Source: Owenia fusiformis (Eukaryota). From it: DNA of 64,000 nucleotides. Both the position numbers and the translations under genes were made by a program. Below are positions 62,543-64,000 of this stretch, piece after piece. The notes beneath the pieces are model-generated. The model saw only the letters and a list, made by a program, of their open reading frames with translations. It did not search any database and had not been told where the DNA came from. Position 1 is the stretch's first letter. Each line of letters starts with the position of its first letter. Location: assembly GCA_903813345.2 (NCBI GenBank), contig CAIIXF020000001.1, positions 23,250,001 through 23,314,000 of the forward strand. The letters run 5' to 3'.

Positions 62543-64000
62543 AACGTATCTTTCACTTGATACTGTGATGTCAAGCTTAAGCATTCAAACAGTGTATTTT
62601 GTCCCAAGATACAATAAAGTACTGATTTCATTTATTTATCAATTCAGATGCCTTGGAATTAATGTAAACACTTGGTATATATTACCAATATTATTTTTAC
62701 TTATTATTGGTAGTACAATGACCAGGTTTCCTTTAATGTCTTTTGTCGTACTGTGCAGTTTGTAAAAAGAAAATTCAGAAAGTTGCAGTCTTGTATGAAA
62801 AACTGGTGAAAATCATACTTGCTACAGCTTTTCCCATTTTCAGAAGCCAATAGATCTGTACGTGATATTTCACGATATCTGACAGTTTTTTTGTCCTTTT
62901 GGGTCTTTTTAAAAGTACATACAGAAGTGAATATTTGATCTAGAGCTCTGAAACTTCCAATATCAGAACTTGGTAGCATTATGTCTTGGTATCTTATGTT
63001 TGGGGTCTAAAAAAGTCACAGATGTTGAGAAAAATATTCATTAAGCAGCAGTTTCAGTTCAAAGTTAGTTAAAACTGCACTCACGACAGCTTTCTCTATT
63101 TTTGAACGCCGATAGATCGGTAAGTATTAGAATTAGGACCATGAAACTGCTCATATTATGTAGTCTTTGTGGTACTTTCTCATTGCAAAGGTAATTTGGA
63201 AACACTGTGACTTACATTTCATGCGTTAGTGAACACTGAAAATGAAACATCCTATTAGATTTCATCATGATACATTGTACAAAATTGAAAACGTATATAT
63301 AAAATATGTAGAGTCCTATATTTTAGTAATGAATGAATTACAATGTCAAGGAACAAGTGAAAATGTTAAAAATGCATTGATTTGCTTTCTATCATTATAA
63401 GTTTTTAATTGTATGCTGCAAAATGATAACATTGACCACGCCCACTTTCCAGGGGTAGGGTACTATAAAGTCATATTAAAAATCATAAATAGTACATTAT
63501 CATTATTATAATTGTATTACAATATCAAACAAAGCTTGAATTAGTTTTTAGAAAACAATTTTGAGCTATTTAAGCTGCCATCTTTTGCTGGAAGCTACAA
63601 ATATAAGATACGTGAGACTTAAAAATGACTAAAATTGCATATTTTTTTCCTATTAATTGCAATATTTCTGAGACTAATACAGATATCGGCCTATAACTTT
63701 AGGATATTATTCATCTTTGGACTAGTAATGTGTGCTGTAGAAAGCAGAACAATAGCAACTATATCCTTTATGTTATGAAATAGTCTTATAGTACCCCCTG
63801 AAATCGCAGGAATTGAAGTCCAATTCGGCCGTGAAAATTGTTTTTACCACTTTAAAGGCCATCACCTTATATTTTCTTACACCTACTAGGTCACTCTAAC
63901 ATACTGCATTGCCAAAAGTTACTTCTTGCAAACTTCCGGCAAAACCGTGCCAGCATCTGATACATAAATGTAAACATCAAATCAGTAGATTACAGGAATT

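Larger units (their letters stand above)
58900..63960. mobile_element. ~5-kb non-autonomous DNA element with ~1.1-1.2-kb TIRs
   Basis: About 58900-60140 is the reverse complement of about 62870-63960. The outer ~700 bp are near-identical; the inner part is diverged with an indel. Ends TA|TCAGATGCTGGCAC ... GTGCCAGCATCTGA|TA. Confidence 0.88.

Noticed and set aside
52944-64000. Search for the ACAP first coding exon (expected ...DSPxFR)
   Set aside because: No convincing match. A donor-like site at about 56160 has no compatible ORF, so the exon probably lies outside the window.

Overview
AT-rich, intron-rich eukaryotic (invertebrate-like) genomic DNA, not prokaryotic. The backbone is a minus-strand ACAP/centaurin-beta gene (BAR-PH-ArfGAP-ankyrin). 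I traced 22 coding exons from 52943 to the stop at 3497 in a continuous frame; the first coding exon was not found and probably lies beyond 64000. Two opposite-strand genes are nested in its introns. The first is a 7-exon, 276-aa four-transmembrane protein with PPPY/PPSY motifs (LAPTM/DUF4728-like, 7522-14861), which the ORF track barely shows. The second is a single-coding-exon, 1048-aa secreted LRR protein with an acidic Tyr cluster and a Thr-rich tail (28450-31596). The introns hold many non-autonomous DNA elements, often nested. They include a 3.75-kb foldback with minisatellite arms and a 10-bp TSD, a CAC-ended 2-kb element with a 5-bp TSD (Transib-like), a 5-kb element with about 1.2-kb TIRs, Helentron/pearl-like satellite carriers, and Tc1-like and TTAA-flanked MITEs. 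All calls come from reading the sequence by eye; no searches were run.
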